A stretch of 64,000 bases of DNA, taken from the NCBI GenBank assembly GCA_963836205.1, contig CAWIIV010000007.1:224001-288000 (forward strand), given 5' to 3'. The notes under the pieces were generated by a model. It had not been told where the DNA came from and did not search any database. It was given only the letters and a program-made list of their open reading frames with translations. A program made the translations under genes and the position numbers. Position 1 is the stretch's first letter, and each line of letters starts with the position of its first letter. This DNA is from an uncultured Acidimicrobiia bacterium (GTDB lineage Bacteria > Actinomycetota > Acidimicrobiia > Acidimicrobiales > AC-14). Shown piece after piece: positions 1 through 9,409 of the stretch.

Positions 1-757
1 GGCGGAGCCGTGCCACCTGCGTCGCGCTCGCGTACCGGGCGAGGTGGGCGAATGCCGACTGGTAGGCAACCGCCACCGGTTCCTCCGACAGGACCTGGTC
101 GAGTTGGAGCGCGTAGGTGATGGGGAGGTCGGCCGGGGCGATGGCGGCATAGCTCACCCCCAGGCGCCAGCCGATCGTGGCCGCGTCGGCTCCCAGGGAC
201 TCGTCGTCGAGGAAGTGGTCGTCGGTGGCCCACTCGGCCAGGACGCACTTCGCCGCCGCCAGCAGCCGATCGGGGTCGTCGGTGCCCGGGTGGGTGAGCA
301 TCATCAGGCGGCCGAAGTTGGCGGTGCGGACCTTCTCGAGCTGGCCGGGGTAGATCCCGACCTGCTCGGCCCAGTCCACCAGCTGGTCGTTGACCTCCTC
401 GCCCAACGCCACGTCGTCGCGGACGGCCCCGGGGCAGAAGACCGCGGGAAAGGAACCATCGCGCGCCGGTGCGCCGGCGGCGTCCGGAACGCGGCGGACG
501 GGTGCGGGCTCCACCGCGGGCGCGCCGTCACCCGGCAACAGGATGCGGGCGGCGGCCGTCCCCATCCCGGCCGGCCCCAGCGCCAGGTGGCGGGCGGTCG
601 ACCCGAGCGGCTCGGGCAACGACACCGGCCGGCGCTCGGCGAGGGGACCGAGAAGATCCTGGGGGGCGGCCGGGTCGAGATTCGACAGGATGGCGGTCAC
701 CAGGACCGCCACTTCGTCGGTGCCGACGGGTGCCGACAGACGCGACAGCAGCGACAT
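1..757 (-). CDS. 2-methylisoborneol/2-methylenebornane synthase-like class I terpene cyclase (family 2 encapsulin cargo type); 3' part runs off the window
   Basis: Hand translation from ATG at 757 (RBS GAAGGAGAG upstream): MSLLSRLSAP...GPAGMGTAAAR...FCPGAVRDDVALGEEVNDQLVDWAEQVGIYPGQLEKVRTANFGRLMMLTHPGTDDPDRLLAAAKCVLAEWATDDHFLDDE. This matches the MIB synthase pattern, including the Asp-rich motif. Not in the ORF track because there is no stop in the window. Confidence 0.85.
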   Translation of the reverse strand, partial: MSLLSRLSAPVGTDEVAVLVTAILSNLDPAAPQDLLGPLAERRPVSLPEPLGSTARHLALGPAGMGTAAARILLPGDGAPAVEPAPVRRVPDAAGAPARDGSFPAVFCPGAVRDDVALGEEVNDQLVDWAEQVGIYPGQLEKVRTANFGRLMMLTHPGTDDPDRLLAAAKCVLAEWATDDHFLDDESLGADAATIGWRLGVSYAAIAPADLPITYALQLDQVLSEEPVAVAYQSAFAHLARYASATQVARLR

Positions 758-1266
758 GCTCAGCTCTCTCCTTCGGTAGGAACTCGGAGTGTGAACCTGG
801 TCGTCATGGCCGAGCCCGGGCGCTCGGCCGGCGCCGCCGGTACCCGCCGCAACTCGGCGACGACGGCGACAGGTAGCGATGCCGGACCCCGCGGAGCTGG
901 CGCTCGACCGGGTCTCGGGGTGCGGCTGTGGGCCCGATCGTGCCGCGAGATGCCCAGTCGACCCACCTCCCCTCGAGGATTGACCCCGTCGCCGACAACG
1001 TGCGACCGCCGCCGGCTGAGATTTCGCAGGAGCCCGTTGCCCACCTGTGCCCGGATGTCGCCGGCTCCCCGCCCGCGTCCCCTCACGAAAGGAGAGCACC
1101 GACCGACCGAGCACGAACCAGGGGGACGCTACCGAGCGGCGTCGCCACTCGTGACCCGAATTCCCGTAGTCCTGGCGACGGTCAAAGAAGACTACGGAAA
1201 ACCGTCGCGTTCGCAGCCCCGAAGACCGGTCCATTGGTGAAACGACGGCACTACTCTGCGGCCGGG

Positions 1267-4038
1267 ATGGGCACGGTCGTGGGAGCTTCCGAGCCTGGAT
1301 TTGGCTATGTCGGTCCGCCGGAGCTGGAGATTCTGCGCGCCATGCTCGCCGATGCCCGCTCGGGACGACCCCAGTTCGTTCTCGTCCAGGGTGAGCGCGG
1401 CAGCGGCAAGAGCGCGTACCTCCGGCAGCTGTCGGTCGACCAGAGCGACCTCCGCGTCCTGTCGGCGACCGGCGACGAGGCGGAGGCGGAGCTGCGCTAC
1501 GGGCTGGTGGAGCACCTGACCCGCGCCGCCGGCAAAGGTGTCCCCGAGGAGTTGGCCGGGCTGTGCACCCGGACGACGGCGGCGCCCGATGCCTTCGTCG
1601 TCGGCCACGCGCTGCTGCGACTGCTGGTGACGATGCAAGAGGATGCTCCCGTCCTGGTCGTTGTCGACGACGCCGACCTCACCGATATCGACTCTCAGGT
1701 CGCCCTCCTCTTCGCGTTGCGGCGACTACACGACAGTCGGATCCTGACCGTCCTCGCCGCCCGCGAACCGGAACGGCTGCTCGATGGGATACACAAGCTC
1801 GCCGCCGCCGATCACGGCACGACGATCACCCTCCGGCGCCTCGACGACGGCGCGGTCATGGGCCTCACCACCTCGCTCATCGGCCGGCGGCCGCCGCGCC
1901 ACTTCGTGGAGCGGCTCCGCGAGCACACGGGCGGCAACCCGTCGCACGTCAGGGCGGTGCTGGGAGAACTCGAGCGGTCAGGGGCAGGCATGGTCGTCGA
2001 CGACCCGCTCCCGGCTCCCCGGGCGGTCGCGTCGCTGGTCTCCGAGCGGCTCTCAGAGTGCGTTCCCGGCGTCCGCCGGCTGGTGGCGGCCGCTGCCGTC
2101 CTCGGTCAGCGCAGCTCGGTCGAGTTGGTACGCAAGCTGGCCGAGATCGATGACCCCCTGCCGTCGCTCGAGGGTGCGGTCGGTGCCGGCTTGGTCGAGT
2201 ACCGGCGCCGTGAGGTCGTCTTCGCCGATCCGCTCGTCCGGGCCGCGGTGTACCACGATCTCGGCGTGGCCGAGCGGGCCGAGCTTCACGCTCAGGCCGC
2301 CCGCTTGGTCACTGAGGAGGGCGCCCGGCTCCGCCACCTGACGGCAGCCGCGTTCGACCACGACGGCGGGCTGGCGGCGGCTCTCGCCGACTTTGCGGCC
2401 CGGTCCGCGGCCGCCGGGTCCCCGCTGGGCGCGTCGGCATCGTTCGTCGACGCGGCCGACTTGGTCCCGCCCGGACCGGTGCGAGATGCCTACGCCTTCG
2501 ACGCGGTGGACTGCCTGCTGGCGGCGGGCGATGCGGCCGGGGCGGACCTGGTCGGATCGAGGTTGGTCGGCACCCGGTCCGACCCGACGGCGCTTGTCGT
2601 CCGGGGCCGAATCGCCCGGGTCGGCGGACAGTGGGAGGAGGCCGAGCGACTACTGACCGGTGCTCGGGACGCCCGTCCACCAGACGACGCCCGTCACCAG
2701 GCGCGGGTTGCCGACGAGCTCGCCGGGCTGTCCGTCGACCTCCTCCGGCCGGGTGAGGGAGAGCGATGGGCGGACGCCGCAATCGGAATCTCCGCCGGCT
2801 CCCCCTCCGGTTCCCTCTCACCGGCGGTGGCGTGGGGCCTGGTGCTGGCCGGCCGGTCGGTCGACGCGCTGGCGGCCTTCGAAGTGCACGAGCCCACGCT
2901 CGACGAGTCCCAACCTGAGCACGCGGGCCTGCTCCTCGGCCGGGTCCTCGCCGACCTCCACCGCGGGGCCGCCCGCGAGGCCCGCGAATGCGCCGTCCAG
3001 CAGGTGAGGATTGCAGCACGGTTCGGGCTGCTGCCTCTTCGACTGTGCGGGCTGGCGATGCTCTCCTTCGCCGAGTACCGCCTCGGGTGGTGGACCGAGG
3101 CCACCACCCACGCCGATCACGGATCGGAGCTGGCAGAGGCGGGCGGGCCTGGACTTCCTCGGACGATGCTGCATCTGGCGGCAATTCTTCCCCTCGCCGG
3201 CCGCGGGCAGTGGGAAGCGGCCGAGGCCCACGCCGCGAAGGGGGCAGAGGCCGCCGCGACACCGTTCGATCAGGCCCTGGCCTGGATGGGCCGAGCCACC
3301 CTGGCCCACGCCCGCGGCCAGCACGGAAAGGCGACCACCGCGGTCGCGTCCTTGCGAGCGGTGTGCGACGAGGGCGCGGTCGACGAGCCGGGCGGACTGT
3401 GGCCGTGGCAGGAACTGCAGGTCGACGCCCTGATCGGGCTGAGCCGATTCGACGACGCGGACGAGGTGCTCGGCCAGTTCGAGAGCCTGGCCGAGGCTCG
3501 CGGCAGCGTGGCCGCCATCGCCGTCGCGGCCAGGCTTCGCGGCTGCCTGGAGGCAGCCAAGGGGAGTGACCGGCAGGCGCATCTCGCCTTCACCCGGGCC
3601 CAAGAGGTCGGCGCCAAGGTGCCGGTGCCGTTCGAGAGGGCCCGGACGAACCTGGAAGTCGGTGCCTTCCTTCGTCGGGCCGGAAAGCGCACGGCGGCGG
3701 CGGCCGAGCTGAGGTCGGCTCGCGAGTGCTTCGATCGGCTGGGCGCCCGGCCCTACCTCGCCCGGTGCGACCGGGAGCTGGCCGCAGCCGGCCTCACCCC
3801 CCAGCGGCGGCGGGCCGCCAACGCGGAGGTGCTCACCCCCCAGGAGACGTCGGTCGCCGAGCTCGTCGCCCAGGGCAAGACCAACCGGGGCGTGGCCAGC
3901 GAGCTGGTCGTGAGCGTCAACACCATCGAGTACCACCTCAAGAACATCTACGCCAAGCTCGGAATCTCCTCCCGCAGCCAGCTCACCCTGCGCTTCGGGG
4001 TGCGTACCGCCACGGCCAGCGGGCCCGGCCCCGGCTGA
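1267..4038 (+). CDS. LAL-type regulator (AAA ATPase + C-terminal LuxR HTH)
   Basis: Walker A GERGSGKS, Walker B-like VVVDDAD, TGGNP motif, LuxR HTH LTPQETSVAELVAQGKTNRGVASELVVSVNTIEYHLKNIYAKLGISSR. Start uncertain (GTG 1237 or ATG 1267). Confidence 0.9.
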   Translation: MGTVVGASEPGFGYVGPPELEILRAMLADARSGRPQFVLVQGERGSGKSAYLRQLSVDQSDLRVLSATGDEAEAELRYGLVEHLTRAAGKGVPEELAGLCTRTTAAPDAFVVGHALLRLLVTMQEDAPVLVVVDDADLTDIDSQVALLFALRRLHDSRILTVLAAREPERLLDGIHKLAAADHGTTITLRRLDDGAVMGLTTSLIGRRPPRHFVERLREHTGGNPSHVRAVLGELERSGAGMVVDDPLPAPRAVASLVSERLSECVPGVRRLVAAAAVLGQRSSVELVRKLAEIDDPLPSLEGAVGAGLVEYRRREVVFADPLVRAAVYHDLGVAERAELHAQAARLVTEEGARLRHLTAAAFDHDGGLAAALADFAARSAAAGSPLGASASFVDAADLVPPGPVRDAYAFDAVDCLLAAGDAAGADLVGSRLVGTRSDPTALVVRGRIARVGGQWEEAERLLTGARDARPPDDARHQARVADELAGLSVDLLRPGEGERWADAAIGISAGSPSGSLSPAVAWGLVLAGRSVDALAAFEVHEPTLDESQPEHAGLLLGRVLADLHRGAAREARECAVQQVRIAARFGLLPLRLCGLAMLSFAEYRLGWWTEATTHADHGSELAEAGGPGLPRTMLHLAAILPLAGRGQWEAAEAHAAKGAEAAATPFDQALAWMGRATLAHARGQHGKATTAVASLRAVCDEGAVDEPGGLWPWQELQVDALIGLSRFDDADEVLGQFESLAEARGSVAAIAVAARLRGCLEAAKGSDRQAHLAFTRAQEVGAKVPVPFERARTNLEVGAFLRRAGKRTAAAAELRSARECFDRLGARPYLARCDRELAAAGLTPQRRRAANAEVLTPQETSVAELVAQGKTNRGVASELVVSVNTIEYHLKNIYAKLGISSRSQLTLRFGVRTATASGPGPG

Positions 4039-4277
4039 CCGCGGGCTGCCTACTACGGAATCCGAGTTGCCCAAGAGCTTCGTCGCTCGATGCAGCAGAT
4101 GAGCGATCCGCAGTAACCGTCCTGACGAAGTCACGGCCGAGCGGCTGTGCGGCGTGTCCGACCGACGTTGGGATTCTGCTTCGGGTTGAGACCGTTCTTG
4201 CCGATGACATCGGAAACAGGTTCAAGTCCCGTGGGACGCGCCGGTCGATCGGACGCCCCTTGAAGGAGACCGGTCCC

Positions 4278-5440
4278 ATGTCCCAGCCCCGCCCGACGCG
4301 CCGAACGATCCGAGCGGTCCTCGCCCTGCTGGTGGTCGCTGCTCCACTGCAGCTGGCCGCGGCCGCAACGGCTCGGTCCGCACCCACGACGGCCGCGGCG
4401 AAATGCAACCTCCTCCAGAAGCTTCTGGGCCAGTGCCCGAAGCCGACGACCACGACGACGCCCGTTTCAACGTCTACGGCCGTCCCGACGACGACGGCCC
4501 TTCCGACGAGCACGGCCGTCGGCCGACGACGTGGAGCGGTCCGACGACGTGGAGCGGTCCGACGACGTGGAGCGGTCCGACGACGTCGGGCGCCCCGACG
4601 ACCACTGGCGTTCCGACGACGTCGACCGGTCCGACGACATCGATCGGTCCGACCACGACCACGACCTCGACTGCGGGCATCGCGTGCGGTGGCTACCCGA
4701 CGCTCCCGAAGACCGGCGGCGCCGCGTGGACCTGCGACTTCAATGACGAGTTCAACGGCACCGCCCTCGACCGGACCACGTGGTTTCCGCAGCCGACCAA
4801 AGGCAGCGGGTTCGACTCGAACGACCATGACTGCTTCATGGACTCCCCGAACAACGTGTCCGTGAACGGCGGGAACCTTGTTCTCACCAGCCGGCAGGAG
4901 CCGGCTCCGTTCGTCTGCGAGGACACGGTTCCCCGCACCACGCAGTTCACGTCCGGATCAGTCTCGACCTATCAGCGGAGGAGCGTGAACCGCGGCCGGG
5001 TCGAGGTCCGAGCGAAGGTCATCTCGGCCAAGGTCCAGGGCACACACACCGCGTTCTGGCTGTTTCCGCAGGATCTGAACGGTGGCCCGGGCAGGGCCGA
5101 GATCGACATCGCCGAGATCTATGGCACCTACAGCGATCGTGCGATCCCCTACATCCACCACCCACTGTCGGCCCTGGACAGCAGCGACACGAACAACTAC
5201 TGCATGATCGCGAACATCGCCGACTGGAACACCTATGTCGTCGAGTGGACCGCTCAATCGATCACGATCATCTACAACGGTCAGGTCTGCCTGACCAACA
5301 CGATGGGCGCGTCCACCTTCAACAGGGACTTCATGGTGGCGCTCACGCAGGGCCTCGGCTGGCCGGGGAACGATTTTCAACCCGGGGTTACACCGCTGCC
5401 AGCGCAAACCGTCGTGGACTACGTCCGCGTCTACAAATAG
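4278..5440 (+). CDS. Secreted glycoside hydrolase family 16 with Thr-rich linker; one frameshift near 4522
   Basis: RBS AAGGAG, ATG 4278, signal peptide, then a one-base shift into the frame carrying FNDEFNGTALD, AFWL, catalytic EIDIAE and VDYVRVY. Confidence 0.85.
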
Positions 5441-5641
5441 GCTTGTGTCCGTGGGTCCGCCGAGTGCGTGACCGCGATCCTTGGAGAACGCGGCAACCGC
5501 CGCTGCCGAATCTGGACCGCCACGCCGCCGAGCTGCTGACCACAGATGTGTGTCAACGCCGGCCGACCACCCGAAACGCCGCAGGTGGGGCGACGTATCG
5601 AGCGGGATCCGCGCAGAAACGCCCAGTTCAGACGCACGTAG

Positions 5642-5714
5642 AGCCCGAGAGGAGATTCGAACTCCTGACCTGCTCATTACGAGTGAGCTGCTCTACCGAC
5701 TGAGCTACCCGGGC
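5642..5714 (-). tRNA. tRNA-Thr (anticodon CGT)
   Basis: Reverse complement GCCCGGGTAGCTCAGTCGGTAGAGCAGCTCACTCGTAATGAGCAGGTCAGGAGTTCGAATCTCCTCTCGGGCT folds as a cloverleaf; CCA not encoded. Confidence 0.95.
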
Positions 5715-5926
5715 GGGTTTTCACTTAGGACCTGCTCGTTCGTGCTTCGGGGCTCCCGAGGGCCGTCGCCCAGCCCCATCAGGTCACGCGTAAGCCTACC
5801 CAGGCGGTGAACGGGTCGGTGTGTGAAGGGTACCGAGAACAGAATTGGCGGGGGACGGGGTTCTGAGGATGCACCGGGCCTTTCCCGAGGGTCACCGGGC
5901 CTTCTCCGGCGGTACCGTCGGGGACG

Positions 5927-7747
5927 ATGACGGACGACGTCCCAGTGGAGCGGTCGGGCGCGACGACCGCCGACGCCGAGCCGCGGCTGGCTGACGGGGA
6001 GGCGACGGCGGCAGCCGTGGTCGCGGGCGAGGGGGCGGCCCCAACTCCCAAGCCCGGGCCGGCCTTTCGGCCACCGTGGGCGGGCCGGGAAAAACCGCGG
6101 CCCACGCACACGCCCGACGAGCCTGCGGCGCCTACTTCCGCCGAGCCGATCGTTGCGGTCGTCACCGTCGGGTTCGCAGAGCCCGTCGACCCGAGCGCAG
6201 GTCGGTTTGCTCCAGCCGTCGAGCTTCCGGGCACGGCGGATCCAGTCTCATCGCCCTCGGTCGCGCCGGCGCCCTACGCCGTCGTCCCGGGCACTCCAAA
6301 CCAGGCCGGGCCCGTCGGGGCGCCGGTTGGACGACCAGAGAGCGCCACGGGGCCCGGACCGTTCGATCCAGGCCCAGTCGCGGGGAGCGGAGCACGAGGG
6401 GCCTCGGTCGAGGTGCGTGGGGTCGCCGAGGGCGGTCCGGCCGCCCAGGTGGAACCGCCGGTGTCGAACGAACCGGACCTGACGCCCTCCGTCGCCTCCG
6501 CCGTCCTCCCCGAACCGCCGCCCGTGGTCGACGCCGCCGCCGCTGACGCCGACGTGGCGGGGTTCGCCGAGCCCGTTCCTGAGCCCGACGGCAGCCAGGG
6601 CGATTTTGTCAGCGAGGTTCCGCCCGGCGACGACGCCCCCGCCGACACCGCCGCCACCGCCGCCATTGTGCCCGCGCCGCCCGCCTCCGCCGAGCCGCCG
6701 CCGGTCGCCGACCTGGACACCGGTCCCCGTGCCGACGCCGACGGCTTTGGCGAGGCAGCGCCCCGAGACGACATCGACGTCGACGCCGACGACGAGGCGG
6801 CCGTTGGCGTCGTGGCGTTGGCGCTCGGCGGGGCGCCACCGGCCCCCCCTGGCGAGAAGCCGCCGCCGATTGAAGCCGAACCGACGGACATCGTCGGCCG
6901 AGACGCCCCCGATGTCGACGACGAGTCGGCCTTGGGCGTGGTGGCGTTGGCGCTGGGCGGGGCGCCGCCGGCGGTTGAGGCCGACTCCAGGGGCGACGAC
7001 GGGGGACTGGCCGCGATTGGCCTGGCGCTCGAGGCGGAGCCGCCGATCCCGTCCGACCTGCGGCCGGAGATCCCCGTGGAGACGCCCATCCCGGAGGAGA
7101 TGGTGGACGACGAGGGCGAATCGACTGTGGCCGTCCCCGTGGCGGCCATGGCGGCGGCGGCCGCGGCCGAGGACCCCGTCCTCGACGACGAGCTTCTCGG
7201 GATGTGGGCGTTGGCCGGCGAGGACCAGGGGAGAGACCGCCACCAACGGTGGCCGCGGCGGGTGGTCGGCTCGCTCGCCGGCCGGTGGTCCACGATGCGG
7301 CGGGGCGAGCGGGTGAACGCGGTCCTCTACGCCCTCACCGGCGTGTCGATCCTGGCCATGACCCTCGAGCTCCTCGCCGGCCCCGACTCCCTGCCCACCG
7401 AGGTGAGGACCACACCGTCGGAGTCGGCGTCGCAGACCGTCACGACGGTCAGGTCCACTACCACGGTCACCTTCACCCTCCCCGAGGAGACCGAGCCGGC
7501 CCCGCCGGTGGTCACCGCCGGAATCCCCTCCCGGGCGACAACGCCACCCGCCCCGCCGGTGGACGAGGAGGAGCCTCCCCCCGACACCACCGAGCCGCCG
7601 CCGCCGACAACCCGTCCGCCGGCCACCATCCCGCCCACGACCCGCCCGCAAACGACCGTCACCCTCCCCAATACCTTCCCGACGCCGGTACCCCCGGTGC
7701 CGCCGACGTTCTTCGGCCCCACCGTCCCCACCGTCACGGTGCCGTAG
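5927..7747 (+). CDS. Hypothetical single-pass membrane protein (acidic Pro/Ala-rich N-terminus, Thr/Pro-rich C-terminus)
   Basis: 606-aa ORF with hydrophobic VLYALTGVSILAMTLELL after an Arg-rich stretch; low complexity on both sides. Confidence 0.6.
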   Translation: MTDDVPVERSGATTADAEPRLADGEATAAAVVAGEGAAPTPKPGPAFRPPWAGREKPRPTHTPDEPAAPTSAEPIVAVVTVGFAEPVDPSAGRFAPAVELPGTADPVSSPSVAPAPYAVVPGTPNQAGPVGAPVGRPESATGPGPFDPGPVAGSGARGASVEVRGVAEGGPAAQVEPPVSNEPDLTPSVASAVLPEPPPVVDAAAADADVAGFAEPVPEPDGSQGDFVSEVPPGDDAPADTAATAAIVPAPPASAEPPPVADLDTGPRADADGFGEAAPRDDIDVDADDEAAVGVVALALGGAPPAPPGEKPPPIEAEPTDIVGRDAPDVDDESALGVVALALGGAPPAVEADSRGDDGGLAAIGLALEAEPPIPSDLRPEIPVETPIPEEMVDDEGESTVAVPVAAMAAAAAAEDPVLDDELLGMWALAGEDQGRDRHQRWPRRVVGSLAGRWSTMRRGERVNAVLYALTGVSILAMTLELLAGPDSLPTEVRTTPSESASQTVTTVRSTTTVTFTLPEETEPAPPVVTAGIPSRATTPPAPPVDEEEPPPDTTEPPPPTTRPPATIPPTTRPQTTVTLPNTFPTPVPPVPPTFFGPTVPTVTVP

Positions 7748-8807
7748 TCGCCCTCGCCGTCGCCCGCACCGGTGGTAGTCGCAGGAGCAGCGCCTGGAGC
7801 AGGAGGGTCTCGCCCGGGTTGTGGATCAGGTTCTCCGCCACCTGCTGGAGGGCGTCGAGGGCGGCCAGGCCGGCGGCGCCGTCGACCCGCCGCTGCACCA
7901 GGGCGTCGCGGTAGAGGGCGGCCAGGGCGGCCAACCCGTAGCGCAGCTCGTCGGTGCGCAGCCGGCGCAGCTCCCGCTTGTGGCGGTCGGCGAGCGCCTT
8001 GCGTCCCGCCCCCCGCTCGCCCGAGCGCTTCACCCGCTCCTCGAGGTCGGCCGCCTCGGCCGCGTGGCGGGCGGTGAGGGGCGCCACCGCCGCCGAACCC
8101 AGCAGCTCGACCAGCTCGGCGGCCACCACGAACACGGTGGCCCCGGTGCCGTCGAGGCGGGACGGCACCGACTGCCACGTCGCCCGGCGGGCGGCGAACC
8201 CGGCGTCGGACGCCAGCAGCCGGGCTCGGTCGAGCCGCCCCCCGGACGCCTCGGCGACGTCGGCCGCCACCGCCGGGTCGACACCGGCGGCGACCAGGGT
8301 CTCCACCACCAGGGCCACCGGCAGCGGCCCGAAGTCGATGCGGACGCACCGGGAGGCGATGGTGACCAGCTCGGGCGACACGTGGTCGGCGAGGATCACG
8401 AACACCGTGCTCGGGGGAGGTTCCTCCACCACCTTGAGCAGTGCCGGCACCGCGTCCTGGGCCAGGTGGAACTCGGGGATGATCAGCACCTTGCGGTGCG
8501 CCTCGTTGGGCGTGCGCATCGCCAGCCGGCGGATCTCCCGGGCCCGGTCGATACCCAGGAAGGCGCCCTCCCGCTCGATGACGGCGACGTCGGGATGGAC
8601 TCCGGCCAGCACCCGCGTGCACACCTCGCACACGCCACAGCCGCCCCGGGGGCATAACAGGGCCGCCGCCAAGGCCACGGCGGCCGTACGCCGGCCCGTC
8701 CCCGGCGGGCCCACGAGCAGGTAGGCGTGTACCGGAGCCCGGGCCGCGGCCCGCAGGTGGACCACCGCCCGCTCCTGTCCCACGACCCGGTCGAAGACGT
8801 CGCTCAT
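7734..8807 (-). CDS. holB: DNA polymerase III subunit delta'
   Basis: VVGQE, HAYLLVGPPGTG, Cys cluster CPRGGCGVCEVC, HPDV, LLKVVEEPP, TIASRC; coupled to tmk by ATGA overlap. Confidence 0.93.
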   Translation of the reverse strand: MSDVFDRVVGQERAVVHLRAAARAPVHAYLLVGPPGTGRRTAAVALAAALLCPRGGCGVCEVCTRVLAGVHPDVAVIEREGAFLGIDRAREIRRLAMRTPNEAHRKVLIIPEFHLAQDAVPALLKVVEEPPPSTVFVILADHVSPELVTIASRCVRIDFGPLPVALVVETLVAAGVDPAVAADVAEASGGRLDRARLLASDAGFAARRATWQSVPSRLDGTGATVFVVAAELVELLGSAAVAPLTARHAAEAADLEERVKRSGERGAGRKALADRHKRELRRLRTDELRYGLAALAALYRDALVQRRVDGAAGLAALDALQQVAENLIHNPGETLLLQALLLRLPPVRATARATTAP

Positions 8808-9409
8808 GCGGACGACACCCACGCCTGGTATGCCGCCCACACCCGGGCCGCCACCTCGTCGACCGTGCCCGAGCCGTCGACCACCACCCACCGCCCGGGT
8901 TCGGCCTCGGCGAGGGCCCGGTAGCCGCCCACCACCCGCTGGTGGAAGAAGTCGCCGGCGGCCTCCATCCGGTCGCGGGGACGGCAGCGGCGGGCGGCGG
9001 CCACCTCCTGGTCGACGTCGAGCAACACGACCAGGTCGGGATCGAGGCCCTCCGCCGCCCACCGCGACAGCCACGTCAGCTCGTCGAGGTCGAGGCCCCG
9101 GCCGTAGCCCTGGTAGGCGAGGGTGGAGCCGGAGAAGCGGTCGCTGACCACGTCGCGCCCCGCCTCCAACGCCGGCTGGACGACCTCGACCACGTGCTGG
9201 GCCCGGTCGGCGGCCATCAGCAGCGCTTCCGTCCGCGGTCCGAGCCCGGCCACGCCGTCGCCCAGCACCACCTCCCGCAGGCGCACGCCGACCTCCGTCC
9301 CCCCTGGCTCCCGGGTGAGCACCGCCCCCAGCCGCTCGGCCAGCAGCGCCGCCTGGGTCGACTTCCCGCTCCCCTCGCCCCCCTCGAACACCACGAACCG
9401 CCCGGTCAT
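8804..9409 (-). CDS. tmk: Thymidylate kinase
   Basis: FEGGEGSGKSTQ, TREPGGT, DRAQH, SDRFSGSTLAYQG. Confidence 0.96.
   Translation of the reverse strand: MTGRFVVFEGGEGSGKSTQAALLAERLGAVLTREPGGTEVGVRLREVVLGDGVAGLGPRTEALLMAADRAQHVVEVVQPALEAGRDVVSDRFSGSTLAYQGYGRGLDLDELTWLSRWAAEGLDPDLVVLLDVDQEVAAARRCRPRDRMEAAGDFFHQRVVGGYRALAEAEPGRWVVVDGSGTVDEVAARVWAAYQAWVSSA

Noticed and set aside
44-1240. 398-aa plus-strand ORF
   Set aside because: Antisense shadow of the terpene cyclase; no recognisable motifs.
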